From an uncultured Pseudomonadales bacterium (GTDB taxonomy: Bacteria > Patescibacteriota > Microgenomatia > UBA1400 > UBA1396), in NCBI GenBank assembly GCA_964603945.1, contig CAZRWP010000001.1:59623-123622 (forward strand): 64,000 nt of DNA, given 5' to 3'. This document shows positions 9,843 to 20,228 of the stretch, in pieces. Under the pieces are notes generated by a model. It saw only the letters and a list, made by a program, of their open reading frames with translations, was not told the DNA's origin and searched no databases. Numbering within the stretch: the first letter of the stretch is position 1; the number at the start of each line of letters is the position of its first letter. Position numbers and translations under genes: made by a program.

Positions 9843-11222
9843 TTAGATTTTTCCAACCACTTCACCTACTGGCACCCGAATTTGCTCCATGGAATCGCGA
9901 TCACGCAAGGTGACGGTGCCGTCTTCCAGCGTCTGGAAATCAATCGTAATACAGGTGGGTGTTCCGATTTCATCCTGACTTAGATAGCGCTTGCCGATAT
10001 TTCCACGATCATCCCAGGCAATTGGATAAATCTGACTTAGCTCTTTGAAGATTTCATCGGCTTTGGCCACTAATTCTGGCTTGTTTTTTAAGAGGGGGAA
10101 CACAGCCGCCCGGTAAGGTGCCAATTCTTTAGGCAAGCGCAAAACAATCCGCTGATTCTCTTCGTCATGATAAAACGCTTCCAACAGAATCATCAGGAAA
10201 AGGCGATTAACACCAACTGCTGGCTCAATCACGTGTGGCAGGAACTTGCGACCGGTTGAAGAATCCACCACCTGCAGATCCTGGCCAGAATATTCCATAT
10301 GTTGTTTGAGATCATAGTCAGTCCGGTAAGCCAAGCCCCAAAGCTCCTTAAAGCCAAAGGGAAAGTTGTAATCTAAATCAACAGTGCGACGACTATAAAA
10401 TGACCGCTCCTCATCTGGATGTTCCCGCCAGCGCAAATTATCAGGTGAAATGCCAAGGTCCTGTGTCACAAACTGCCACATTTGGCCTTGCCAGTCACCA
10501 AAAATTGCTTCCCAGTCGGAATTTTCTGGATCAAAGAAATACTCAATTTCGGCCATCTCAAATTCCATAGTTCTAAAAATAAAGTTTCCAAGCGTAATTT
10601 CATTGCGGAAACCTTTCCCCGTCTGACCAACGCCAAAAGGCAGTTTCACCCTAGTGCTATCCAATATATTTTTAAAGGTCGTGAAAATTCCCTGCGCCGT
10701 TTCACCACGAAGATAAGCCTTAGATTCGGTTTCAGGGACAATTCCAATAGAGGTCTCAAAAAGTAAATTGAATTGTCTAACATTAGTCCAATTAAATCCG
10801 CCACAGTACGGGCAAGGAATTTTTTCCGTTTGAATTATTTGATCTAATTCACTATCGGGCAAACCCTCAACCTGTTTCTCCTCACCTTTAGCTTGATAAT
10901 ATTCTTCAATCAAGTGATCTGCCCGCTTGCGACGCTGACACTCTTTACAATCAATTAAAGGATCGGAAAAACCACCCACGTGGCCAGAAGCTTCCCAAGT
11001 TTTGGGATGCAAAATAATAGAGGAATCCAATCCAACCATATCAGGTCGCTGAGTAATAAAGCGTTTCCACCACAAATTTATCAGGTTGCGTTTTAATTCA
11101 ACGCCCAGTGGGCCATATTCGTAAGCATTGGCGAGACCGCCATAAATTTCTGAAGAAGGATAAACAAAACCGCGCCGCTTGCTTAAACTGACGATATCGT
11201 TCATTTTGTCGGATGGATTCAT
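9843..11222 (-). CDS. glyQS: Glycine--tRNA ligase, alpha2 homodimeric type
   Basis: 'RRGFVYPSSEIYGGL..YEYGPLG' N-terminus and class II aaRS motifs; 459 aa as in the dimeric (eukaryote/archaea-like) GlyRS. Confidence 0.85.
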   Translation of the reverse strand: MNPSDKMNDIVSLSKRRGFVYPSSEIYGGLANAYEYGPLGVELKRNLINLWWKRFITQRPDMVGLDSSIILHPKTWEASGHVGGFSDPLIDCKECQRRKRADHLIEEYYQAKGEEKQVEGLPDSELDQIIQTEKIPCPYCGGFNWTNVRQFNLLFETSIGIVPETESKAYLRGETAQGIFTTFKNILDSTRVKLPFGVGQTGKGFRNEITLGNFIFRTMEFEMAEIEYFFDPENSDWEAIFGDWQGQMWQFVTQDLGISPDNLRWREHPDEERSFYSRRTVDLDYNFPFGFKELWGLAYRTDYDLKQHMEYSGQDLQVVDSSTGRKFLPHVIEPAVGVNRLFLMILLEAFYHDEENQRIVLRLPKELAPYRAAVFPLLKNKPELVAKADEIFKELSQIYPIAWDDRGNIGKRYLSQDEIGTPTCITIDFQTLEDGTVTLRDRDSMEQIRVPVGEVVGKI

Positions 11223-11396
11223 ATTTTTTGGCTCTCTACTGCTGACTTTATTTAGCTCTCTTCCGCTGACTTTAAAAGTGCGCTTTTTCTGCTGGCGCTT
11301 CCAAATAATTGTAACAGGTTTAGCTATTCCTGAGGGGTTTAAACGTTTTTTGAGTAATTTTTGAAGCGACTGTAAATGCGGTTGTTTGAACGGACA

Positions 11397-11561
11397 TTAC
11401 TTTTCCAATACCACTTCCAGGCGATTCCAGTCTTCTCGCTCAAATTCACGCTCATAATCTCTTATCCAAAGTTTAAGCGCATCAAGTCGATGCTCGGCTT
11501 TTATACTTCGAGATTGCAAAATTGAACTGTCCTTTTTTAAATCACATCGCCAGTAAAACAT
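11397..11561 (-). CDS. hypothetical small protein (54 aa from internal Met; listed ORF extends into repeat element)
   Basis: ORF-track start at 11636 lies inside repeat copy 1; plausible start MFYW at 11561; no recognisable domain. Confidence 0.25.
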   Translation of the reverse strand: MFYWRCDLKKDSSILQSRSIKAEHRLDALKLWIRDYEREFEREDWNRLEVVLEK

Positions 11562-11603
11562 ATCAACCTCCTGATTTGACGGATATTTTAGTCCTATTAT
11601 AAC

Positions 11604-11716
11604 TGAGAAGGACCGAGAAGGACCGAGAAGGATCATCCTTGCCCCTCCGCTAGCCTGGAAGGATCATCCTAGGATGATCCTTCTTGAGGAAAACAAGGGC
11701 AAGGATGATCCTTCTC
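11604..11716. repeat. Nested-palindrome intergenic repeat element, copy 1 (forward orientation)
   Basis: GAAGGATCATCC-TTGCCC-spacer-GAAGGATCATCCTAGGATGATCCTTC-spacer-GGGCAA-GGATGATCCTTC; 12-mer occurs 4x (2 direct, 2 inverted); perfect 24-bp central palindrome; preceded by GACCGAGAAG tandem; near-identical copies at 57796..57917 and 63320..63413. Confidence 0.8.
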
Positions 11717-11749
11717 TCGTAATATTAGACAATCTTGAAACTAATTAAA

Positions 11750-12292
11750 TTACACCCGTAAATAGGCAAAACTGCGTACAGGATGACCTAGCAACACCTC
11801 AACCAGTTCCGAAACCGAGCCGGCCGGAGCTGAGGCTGGCGCTTCAATGCCCTGTTGAGCCAATAGATTAAATAACGCTTGGCGCACTTGGCCACGGTGA
11901 TACTGTTCAGCATTCTGGTGGATATATCGTAAAATTTCTTCAGCGGCACTAAAAAGACTGCGTTGCTCAATCTCTTCCAGGCTTATCCGATGAATTATTT
12001 CCAAAATGGCTGATATATCTCTTAGAACCGTTAACTCCGATTGGCTGGGTAGGAGACTTTCTTCTAAGCGAACCTCGGTTAACAATTTTGTTTCTCCCAG
12101 GGAAATCCAATGAAAGGAAATGCGCGAGGCTGGCTGTAAAGCTGAGCCACGGCGTGAAGTAATTTTACGCACACCTTTAGCCAAACATGTCAAACGACCA
12201 TACTCAGGGGTGAGAATGTCAATCCAGCGGTCCTGTTCACGATAATTTCGTGTTTTTAAGACTAAGCCAGTAGAGGTGACGGATTGAGGCAC
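11750..12292 (-). CDS. recO: DNA repair protein RecO
   Basis: N-terminal OB-fold 'GLVLKTRNYREQDRWIDILTPEYGRL' typical of RecO; 180 aa (short, C-terminal Zn motif not evident). Confidence 0.7.
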   Translation of the reverse strand: MPQSVTSTGLVLKTRNYREQDRWIDILTPEYGRLTCLAKGVRKITSRRGSALQPASRISFHWISLGETKLLTEVRLEESLLPSQSELTVLRDISAILEIIHRISLEEIEQRSLFSAAEEILRYIHQNAEQYHRGQVRQALFNLLAQQGIEAPASAPAGSVSELVEVLLGHPVRSFAYLRV

Positions 12293-12301
12293 TTAACCAG
12301 T

Positions 12302-14575
12302 TTACTCGACCTTCACGGTCATGTCTTTATCCAGAATAAACTCAACTTGGCCTTCCGGCGTAGTTAGCTCAAACGGAATCGGATCGGTTCCAGCTTGCTT
12401 TTGCATACGCAAAGCATATTCTTCGCCAGAATATGGAATATTCAAAGTTGCTCTAATCCTGGCTTGGCCCATAGGTGCCAGTTTAAAGAATCCTTCAATA
12501 ATGTCGTAACCTTCATGAGAATCATCAATCGTGTGACCATTCTCAAAACCAACCAACTCTTGAACAGTGGTGCCTTTAGGCACGTACCAACGAGTCCAGT
12601 TGTTCAGATTGGCATTCAAACACAACAACCCGGCTTCCAGATTACAATTGGAGGCGGCGTGGGTATTGCGGTAAGTCAGCTCCACTTGCTTGGTGAGACT
12701 GCCATTTTCCATACTTTCAACTACTTGACTACCCTCAACCTCGGTAAATAGATTTGACTTGGCACCGCCCAGGTTGGCATCAATAATTGTCAGATAGTCC
12801 TGACCTTCTTCCACCTGAGGAATAATTCCGGCGGCATTAATTGACTCTGCGGCCAACTGCTTGTCTTCATCTAAGAAATAAAATTGGGTATGACGGCCTT
12901 CAATACTTTCCCATAAAAGTTCTGCTAGTAACGGCCATTTATCGCGGGAAGTCGCGTAAGTTTTTTGAATAATTGACTGCATCATAGGAGCCAAAATTCC
13001 CTTGCGGTCTTCGCGGTGATAAGGCGTCGGCCGGTCAATAATTTCTGACAAGGCATAAATAATCTGAGGACAGTCACAGCGGGGATCGTTTTCCGCCGAG
13101 AAAGTACCATAGCCGGGCACTTCAATAGGTCCCAGAACCTCAACAATCTCCGCTAACAAAACCGTATCTACGGAAATAATGCCATCGATATCATCGGGTT
13201 CACCAGGAATATCTTGGTAATATGAATAAACTGTTTTCATCGACTCAGAAAAGTTGGGATCCATGTTCATGTCACGCAAATTCCAACGGGACTCAGTGGT
13301 GAGATATTTTCCCAAAATCTCCGGAATCGGCGGCTTGTTGCGGAACTTCTGATCTACCTCATAGATATCATCTGATTTCTCTGGCGTCAGCTTGCCGTCT
13401 TCCACGTACACCACGGCATAGGCGGTCATAAATCCGCCGGTGGGACGTAGTTCATTATCATTTTGGAAAATAATCAGGTATTTTTGGCGTTCACCGGCGC
13501 CAGCCATCGCAGGCAATTGTTCAATCACCGGGCGGAAATCGGTCAAAGCAACTTCGGCGGCGGCGGCTCCGTCATGCAGTTGTTGAACATATGAGCGCAC
13601 CGGATAACCGGAAAATTCAACCGGGTAATCAGCTGGATCAATAACTTGGACATGGGAATTCATCTCCTCGACCTTAGCGCCAATGGCATCCAGTTGAGGG
13701 GTAATCTGCTGAAGAGTTTCCAGCATCAGGCCAATCCTGTCTTCCGTGGTGCCGCCTTCAAAACTGCCCTCACCGGTAAAACCTAAAACGTCGGCGTGGG
13801 GTTCAATCGCTGACACGGTCAAAAGTCCGGCCTCGACACCTGCTACGCCAGCTTTTAGACCAGCCGAACCATCATGATAATACTTGCCAACGAAAGGCAG
13901 TGAACCGGTCCATTTAAGGGCTTCAAATTCCTGTTGGCTGGCTTCCAATCGCTGTTTGGTATTCTCCAAATGCAATTTCGTGGCTGGTAAATTCTGAGAT
14001 TTGAATGAGTCATAGGCAATCCGGCCTTCAGTTGCTGCCTGCTGTAGCTCCGCCTTTACAACCTGCGCTTGAGCATAACTGTGCCAGGCAACTAAACTGA
14101 CGAGTACTAGCAAAACCAATAAACCGCCAGTTACTGAGCCGAGCAATTTATAGTTTCGTCTCTGCTGGTCGGACAAATTACCCCACCACTGCTTGTAATC
14201 AAATGATTTTAATCTGGCCCAAGTATTTACTGCCTGAGAAGTTGAATCATTTCCTGAAGAAGTCATGATTTGTTTCCTTTTGAGGTTGTTGGTCTTGACT
14301 GGTTCAATCTCTTTAACTTGACTATCTTTTGCTTGATTAGCTTTGGTTACTCGATTATTTGTCTGACCATCTTTTTCTTGACTGACTTTCATCGGACCAT
14401 CTTTTGTCTGGCTATCATTTGCTTGTTCATCATCCCAAGCCTTAAAAACACCAGCTTGACCATTTGAAACGGGAGTATCAATGGTTTCAGCATCACTCTC
14501 GGGTAAATCCGAGTTTTTTAGCGAATGTTTTTTCCAGATCGGAGCGAAATCATCTTTTGACATAACGACAGACAA
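12302..14575 (-). CDS. Large membrane-anchored extracytoplasmic protein (possibly DUF4012-like)
   Basis: ~150-aa polar K/Q-rich N-terminal region, one TM helix (LLVLLVLVSLVAW), ~580-aa C-terminal ectodomain; family call is low-confidence recollection. Confidence 0.5.
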   Translation of the reverse strand: MSVVMSKDDFAPIWKKHSLKNSDLPESDAETIDTPVSNGQAGVFKAWDDEQANDSQTKDGPMKVSQEKDGQTNNRVTKANQAKDSQVKEIEPVKTNNLKRKQIMTSSGNDSTSQAVNTWARLKSFDYKQWWGNLSDQQRRNYKLLGSVTGGLLVLLVLVSLVAWHSYAQAQVVKAELQQAATEGRIAYDSFKSQNLPATKLHLENTKQRLEASQQEFEALKWTGSLPFVGKYYHDGSAGLKAGVAGVEAGLLTVSAIEPHADVLGFTGEGSFEGGTTEDRIGLMLETLQQITPQLDAIGAKVEEMNSHVQVIDPADYPVEFSGYPVRSYVQQLHDGAAAAEVALTDFRPVIEQLPAMAGAGERQKYLIIFQNDNELRPTGGFMTAYAVVYVEDGKLTPEKSDDIYEVDQKFRNKPPIPEILGKYLTTESRWNLRDMNMDPNFSESMKTVYSYYQDIPGEPDDIDGIISVDTVLLAEIVEVLGPIEVPGYGTFSAENDPRCDCPQIIYALSEIIDRPTPYHREDRKGILAPMMQSIIQKTYATSRDKWPLLAELLWESIEGRHTQFYFLDEDKQLAAESINAAGIIPQVEEGQDYLTIIDANLGGAKSNLFTEVEGSQVVESMENGSLTKQVELTYRNTHAASNCNLEAGLLCLNANLNNWTRWYVPKGTTVQELVGFENGHTIDDSHEGYDIIEGFFKLAPMGQARIRATLNIPYSGEEYALRMQKQAGTDPIPFELTTPEGQVEFILDKDMTVKVE

Positions 14576-14741
14576 TCATTGTAGCAGTTTTTGGGCGCTC
14601 ACTCATTGGTTGAAATTACTGATCAGAAAACTCTTACACTAATCTCACTTTTGACGGGTAGGATCAGACTTTTAAGCTACAGAAGCGCCTGATTTTTTAG
14701 CTCTCGTCCCATCAATTACAAATTGACCAGGAGGACATATT

Positions 14742-16184
14742 TTGATTAATGAAAAGCTATCATCTGTCAGTCAAACCTGGGCTGATTTTAGATCAAGACA
14801 ATCGGCGGTTAAGACTGAGCCACTTAAAAATCTTAAACAAGAATTAATTCACCGCTGGCCACAACTGCGTAGGCTGATGGTGGTGGCTGGCGTGGCCGCC
14901 AACTTTGCCCTGCCCGCCATTGATTCACTGGCTTATAACTGCGAAGATCCCTATTGCCAACCGCCAGGCGGAGCAGTAACGGCTCTGCCTGCCCAGGAAA
15001 AAGAGCGTAATCTTGACTTAAACCAGACTCTAAAACCAGCCAGAATATTTTTGCAAAACCTCTTAACTCAATCTCTTGAAAACATAGCTCTTGAAAACAG
15101 CCGGGCAATTCATTTTGATCCTCATGCTTTAGTCTGGGAGATAATGGCCAATCCAGATCTGGTCGCCACTGGCGTGTATGGCACTCCGGTTGGTGGAAGT
15201 TCTTTAGTTGGTTGGGGCAGTGTCAACAATAACTGGCGACGCAAGCATTACAACCCCTACGACAATTATCACGAAATAACCCAGCAACTAGCCAACGAAC
15301 TTCATACCAAACAAACTCAGGCATATTTTGCTGATCTGGTTTTAATTTATGGTCGTTCTGAGAGAGGTTACCTTAATATTGTTAATAAATCAGCTGATTT
15401 TGCTGAATTTGTTCACAATGAAGGTGATATTGTTTTTTTTAATTTGCGTCCGCCTGGCGACTTTTCAGTGGCCGAGCTACGGGAATTAGTCGAAAAAATC
15501 TGGACCGGCCACGCTACTTACCTGGATGGAAGTCAGGTAGTAAGTCAGGAATTTATCAAGGAATCCGGCCCTATTCTATCGCTAGATCTGGAAGAAATGC
15601 TGAGAGGTTATTATCCGGAAGGCGTACCCGCCACTGAACTAAATACCGTTATTGAGACTTACATTGAGATCATGCGTTCTTATGGTTTTGCCAAGCCGGT
15701 TATTTTTCTGTACGAACGTGGCTTGGGTGAGCCAGATATGGTTGATGATGTCAGTCAATTAAATACGGAAAATATTATTATTATTTACTCTGGTTTTGTC
15801 CCAGAAGGTGATCTGGAATATAAAATTCAAGGCACCATCGATTTGATTACTGCCTATGGTAAAACCAGAGGTGGCTGTATGATTTTTGACAGCCAATCCC
15901 TTTCACAAGTTCAGCGGGACGATTTAACGCCAGCTGAGATTCGAGAATATATCAATAACGATGTTTGCGCCTTTGTTCTGCCACAGGGAATTTTACTTAT
16001 TATTGGTGCACCATTTCTTAGATCTAATAGATCGGGCAAATCAGACAAATCTTCCAAATCAACTAAAAGAGTCGCCAAAGCCAGATCAAAAACTAATAAA
16101 AATTCAAAATTGCAGATGCAAAGAAGAATGAATCCTGTGAAGAATTTACCAACGGCTAATCATCGCGCGAGGCGTGCGAGCTAA
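14742..16184 (+). CDS. hypothetical protein with K/R/S-rich C-terminal tail
   Basis: 480-aa ORF; C-terminus 'KSDKSSKSTKRVAKARSKTNKNSK..'; no recognisable catalytic motif. Confidence 0.45.
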   Translation: MINEKLSSVSQTWADFRSRQSAVKTEPLKNLKQELIHRWPQLRRLMVVAGVAANFALPAIDSLAYNCEDPYCQPPGGAVTALPAQEKERNLDLNQTLKPARIFLQNLLTQSLENIALENSRAIHFDPHALVWEIMANPDLVATGVYGTPVGGSSLVGWGSVNNNWRRKHYNPYDNYHEITQQLANELHTKQTQAYFADLVLIYGRSERGYLNIVNKSADFAEFVHNEGDIVFFNLRPPGDFSVAELRELVEKIWTGHATYLDGSQVVSQEFIKESGPILSLDLEEMLRGYYPEGVPATELNTVIETYIEIMRSYGFAKPVIFLYERGLGEPDMVDDVSQLNTENIIIIYSGFVPEGDLEYKIQGTIDLITAYGKTRGGCMIFDSQSLSQVQRDDLTPAEIREYINNDVCAFVLPQGILLIIGAPFLRSNRSGKSDKSSKSTKRVAKARSKTNKNSKLQMQRRMNPVKNLPTANHRARRAS

Positions 16185-16766
16185 AATTTTTATATCCTGC
16201 CAGATATTTTTGTGGCGGGCATATTCGGCATCCATTTTGGCACGCTGAATAAAAGGAATGTCATTTCGTCCCGACACTTGCCAAGGACCGGTAATACCTG
16301 GTTTAACGCTTAAAATATCGCGGATACAAGCTTTAGTTTCAGGGTAGCGAATACTTTGCTCTTTGAGTTCTCTTTCAACATACGCCCTAGGTCCAACCAT
16401 GCTCATGTCCCCTTGCAGGACGTTCAGCAACTGAGGAAACTCGTCAATAGTTAGCGCACGCAACACTTTTCCTAGTCGGGTGATACGAGGGTCATGCTCG
16501 AGCTTCCAGTCACTCTGTTTAAACTTAGCCAGCAGTTTTTTATCCTTTTGATGCAGAAGCTCATCGGCATCTTTGACCATCGACCGGAATTTATAAAGTT
16601 TGATCGATCGGCCACCCAAGCCGACTCGGGTGTGGGTGAAAAAAACCGGCCAACCAGACTCAATCATAATTAGTAGAGGCACAATAATCCAAAACGGCAA
16701 AAAAGCAAAAATTAACAGAGATGAGACTGCTAAATCTAAGATTCGTTTTTGAACTTGATAATCCAT
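16146..16766 (-). CDS. Undecaprenyl-phosphate sugar phosphotransferase (bacterial sugar transferase, WbaP/EpsL-like)
   Basis: N-terminal TM then 'KLYKFRSM..DPRITRLGKVLRALTIDEFPQLLNVLQGDMSMVGPRA' PF02397 signature; first gene of glycan operon in transcription order is GT2 at 27374, this is last. Confidence 0.8.
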   Translation of the reverse strand: MDYQVQKRILDLAVSSLLIFAFLPFWIIVPLLIMIESGWPVFFTHTRVGLGGRSIKLYKFRSMVKDADELLHQKDKKLLAKFKQSDWKLEHDPRITRLGKVLRALTIDEFPQLLNVLQGDMSMVGPRAYVERELKEQSIRYPETKACIRDILSVKPGITGPWQVSGRNDIPFIQRAKMDAEYARHKNIWQDIKILARTPRAMISRW

Positions 16767-16807
16767 AACTTTAATTTCTAAAAGTTTACTCAGCTTTTTA
16801 AGTCTGA

Positions 16808-17917
16808 TTACAAATATTTATCGAGTCCTTCTTCTTGCAGTTTGCCCACTAATTTCTTGACCTCAGCGGCGCGTTCGCGCGGCATAACCATGACCACGTC
16901 ATCGCTATCCACTACCACCAAGTTATCAACTCCGACTAGCGCAACTGCACGATGATTAGTACTGATCAAATTATTATGCGAATCTACCGCCACAACTGGC
17001 TCAGCATCCGCGCCATCACGAACGACTACTGTGCCATTGGTGTCTTTTTCACCCAACTGATAAACCGTGCTCCACAATCCGACATCATCCCAACCGAAAT
17101 CACCTGGGATAAGCATTAAATTGTCCGCTTTTTCCGAGATGGCAAAGTCAATAGAAATTTTTTCAGCGGATTCATATTCAGTATTTAAGACTTGTTGGAA
17201 TTCAGGCGTACCGATTGCCGTTTCAATCTTGGCTAAGTGAACTGTCATGTCAGGCATATATTTCTTAAAAGCGGTTTCGATAGCCTGAACGTGCCAGGTG
17301 TACATATTGGCATTCCAGTAATAATCGCCTTCAGCCAAAAACTGCTCGGCTGTAGCCCGATCTGGTTTTTCCTTGAAGCTCTTCACCGTACAAATCAAGT
17401 CACGACCATCTTCAACTTTGTCTGGATTAACCTGGATATAACCAAAGTTAACATTGGGATCAGTGGGCTTAATTCCAACAGTTAATAAATGGTTGCTCGG
17501 TCCAGCTAATTCCAAAGCCTTAGTAATGACCCGCTGAAATTCCGCTTCATCATTCAAGACATGGTCTGAGGCAATATTGGTGACAATTGCCTCTGGATCG
17601 TAATGCTTGGCAATTAGTGATCCGACGGCCATCGCCATGGCGGTGTCGCGCTTGGTAGGCTCAGCCACAATGTTTTCTGGCAGAACTTGCGGAAGCTGTT
17701 GTCTAACTTCTTCCAGATAATCTTTATTAGTTACAACAATGATTTTTTCCCAGGGAATAACGCGCTCAATTCGGCGCGCCGCCTGCTGAAGCAAAGTGGT
17801 GTTTCCGCCCAACTTAAGAAATTGCTTTGGTTTGTTGTCGCGAGACATTGGCCAAAGGCGCGTACCACTGCCTCCGGCTAAAATAACGGCATAGGCATGA
17901 TCAAGATATGAGCTCAT
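16808..17917 (-). CDS. Mannose-1-phosphate guanylyltransferase-like sugar nucleotidyltransferase
   Basis: 'AVILAGGSGTRLWPMSR..PKQFLKL' NTP-transferase signature; 4-nt overlap with upstream GT4. Confidence 0.75.
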   Translation of the reverse strand: MSSYLDHAYAVILAGGSGTRLWPMSRDNKPKQFLKLGGNTTLLQQAARRIERVIPWEKIIVVTNKDYLEEVRQQLPQVLPENIVAEPTKRDTAMAMAVGSLIAKHYDPEAIVTNIASDHVLNDEAEFQRVITKALELAGPSNHLLTVGIKPTDPNVNFGYIQVNPDKVEDGRDLICTVKSFKEKPDRATAEQFLAEGDYYWNANMYTWHVQAIETAFKKYMPDMTVHLAKIETAIGTPEFQQVLNTEYESAEKISIDFAISEKADNLMLIPGDFGWDDVGLWSTVYQLGEKDTNGTVVVRDGADAEPVVAVDSHNNLISTNHRAVALVGVDNLVVVDSDDVVMVMPRERAAEVKKLVGKLQEEGLDKYL

Positions 17918-19062
17918 GCGATCCCTTCAATCTGCTTTTGATGTTTTTTCCAATATTGATTAACCATATCAAAAAAGGTCTTTTGCCAATTGGCCTCTGC
18001 ATATTGGCTTGCCTGACGCTGGATGTCAAGTTTTGACCACGAGGCAACCATGGCCTTTTTCATAGCCGCCCTCAGCATAGCAATATTTGATTTAGGGAGA
18101 AAGAGGGCATCCTGATCTGGTCTTAGTAGCTCCGCCGCCCCGCTGTGGACGTTTATTATCACTGGACAGCCTTGAGATACTGCCTCCATGGCTGTAATAC
18201 CAAAATCTTCTTCCTGAGGAAAAACAGCGGCTTTAGCGTGCTGAAGATACCAGGCAACTTCAGATTCGGCAATCTGACCGACAAACTTAATATATTGCTG
18301 ATCCGGATCTAATCTCTGCGCAAATTTCTGCCAACATTTTGTTTTGGATCCCCTACCAGCCACAACCAAAAATTGCCGATTGGCTATCGCCGCCTGAATT
18401 GTTAAGTCAATCTTTTTGTAGGCAACGTGGCGACCCCAGGTAAAAAAGAAGTCGGCGGGCGGAATATACTTTGGTTTAGTAGGTTTTGCTAGTTTGGGAA
18501 TTGGTGGATAAATTGGCTCCTGAGCAGGGCGTCCATAATATTGGCGACATCGTTTCGCCACTAATTTTGAAATTGGCACAATTGTGTCTGGATTTTTAGC
18601 TGTATTTTGATCAATTTTTCTTAACCAATTCATGACTTGCTTGGCAAAAACGCGGATGATTGGAGGTAGTTCACGTAGATATTCAGTCTGATGAGACCAG
18701 AGATAACGAGTAGGAGTTAATAAATAGCACAAATGCAACTGACTGGGACTTGTTTGTACAGCCTTGGCAAACTCCGAAGTAACTGAAATTACTACGTCAT
18801 ACTCTGCCAAGTTAAATGACCTAAATGCCCAGGGCATGAGCCAACCAATTAATTGATGGCGACTCCGCAACCAAGGTATTGATTGCAAAAGGCTAGGACG
18901 TACATCCCAATTGTCTGCCCACCTAGCCCTTGATGGATCATAAACTGAGGTATATAGCGGCGCCTTAGGAAATATTTTATGCAAAGCCAAAAGAACACGC
19001 TCGGCTCCGCCCCACGAATTTACACGATCGTAGACAATGGCCACCCGGAGTGGTGATTTCAT
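17914..19062 (-). CDS. Glycosyltransferase family 4
   Basis: GT-B fold, C-terminal 'E..FGITAMEAVSQGCPVI' GT4 motif. Confidence 0.7.
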   Translation of the reverse strand: MKSPLRVAIVYDRVNSWGGAERVLLALHKIFPKAPLYTSVYDPSRARWADNWDVRPSLLQSIPWLRSRHQLIGWLMPWAFRSFNLAEYDVVISVTSEFAKAVQTSPSQLHLCYLLTPTRYLWSHQTEYLRELPPIIRVFAKQVMNWLRKIDQNTAKNPDTIVPISKLVAKRCRQYYGRPAQEPIYPPIPKLAKPTKPKYIPPADFFFTWGRHVAYKKIDLTIQAAIANRQFLVVAGRGSKTKCWQKFAQRLDPDQQYIKFVGQIAESEVAWYLQHAKAAVFPQEEDFGITAMEAVSQGCPVIINVHSGAAELLRPDQDALFLPKSNIAMLRAAMKKAMVASWSKLDIQRQASQYAEANWQKTFFDMVNQYWKKHQKQIEGIA

Positions 19063-20219
19063 AAATTAGCAATACTATTAAGATACACTTGCCAGGTTTT
19101 AATCGCGGCTGAATGCCAAGTATATTGGCGAGCATACTTCTGCCTGGCTTGTAATTCTTCTGCACTAGCTGGCTGGTTGATAAATTTCTTTAAAAGTTTT
19201 ACTAATTCATCAGCTTGCTGGGGATCAAAATACTCAGCTTGCTGACCATATACCTCGCGCAAAACCGGAATATCCGAAGCTATCACCGGACAACCAACTG
19301 CCATCGCTTCAATACCAGTTAGGCCAAAGCCTTCAGACAAAGACGGCTGAATCAAACCAGACGACTGCTGATACAACTTAATAACTTCCTCATCACTCAA
19401 ACCGTTCTGGACTTCGATTTGATCAGCAATTTTATATAACCGAACTTTTTCCCAAAATTCAGTTAGAAAAATTGAACGGGCAGTCAGCACTTTAAGGTTT
19501 ACATTTGGCAATTTTTGCAAAGCTTTTAGCACCACTTCAATATTTTTATGAGGATATAAACTACCGGTGTAAACAAAGTAAGGTGCCCGTTCCTTAGTTT
19601 TACTGGCGCGCTTGCGCTGGCCATTTCCCTGTCCAACGTCGGGCGTGTCTAAAAATGCTTGGCTCACACCCTCACTGGTCACGATAATTTTTTGTGGATT
19701 ACTGACGTATTTAGCCACTTCCTGTTCAACAAATTTAGTTGGCACCAATATAGCCTTGGCTCGACGCATAGCCATTTGGCTAACAAATCGGTAGGCACCG
19801 TATTTCAACCGGTATTGCCAAGCTGGCAAAGTGGTTGCATGTGGATCTTGCTGAGTGTGCCAAAGCAAGTCGTGAATAGTTACAATAAATGGTCGGCGAT
19901 AGCCAATCGGCACATTAAAGTGAGGAACGTGTAGCAAGTCCAAATTTGCTTGGTTAAAAGCTTTTAAAACAAAAATCTGTTCTCTTAAGGTGTAATGCCG
20001 AATTGGCAGTAATTCAACTTGAACATTTGGATAATTTTTTAGCCAAGGAAGTTGATCTTTCTTAGCTACAAAAATCAACCAAAAATATTTTCCATCCGAG
20101 TCGGAGGACGTTAAAGCAAGGAGCTCCCGTAAGAGCTCCTCACTATATCTACCGATTCCAGCGTGGGCAGAACCCGCCAGACGGGCATCAAACCCGAGGC
20201 GGATTATCCGCTTGGTCAT
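19059..20219 (-). CDS. Glycosyltransferase family 4
   Basis: 'EGFGLTGIEAMAVGCPVIASD' EX7E-type GT4 motif. Confidence 0.75.
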   Translation of the reverse strand: MTKRIIRLGFDARLAGSAHAGIGRYSEELLRELLALTSSDSDGKYFWLIFVAKKDQLPWLKNYPNVQVELLPIRHYTLREQIFVLKAFNQANLDLLHVPHFNVPIGYRRPFIVTIHDLLWHTQQDPHATTLPAWQYRLKYGAYRFVSQMAMRRAKAILVPTKFVEQEVAKYVSNPQKIIVTSEGVSQAFLDTPDVGQGNGQRKRASKTKERAPYFVYTGSLYPHKNIEVVLKALQKLPNVNLKVLTARSIFLTEFWEKVRLYKIADQIEVQNGLSDEEVIKLYQQSSGLIQPSLSEGFGLTGIEAMAVGCPVIASDIPVLREVYGQQAEYFDPQQADELVKLLKKFINQPASAEELQARQKYARQYTWHSAAIKTWQVYLNSIANL

Positions 20220-20228
20220 AAGTTTTAT

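Noticed and set aside
12321-12751. Plus-strand ORFs 12321..12509 and 12395..12751
   Set aside because: Antisense to the 757-aa membrane-anchored protein gene; no motifs; typical shadow ORFs.
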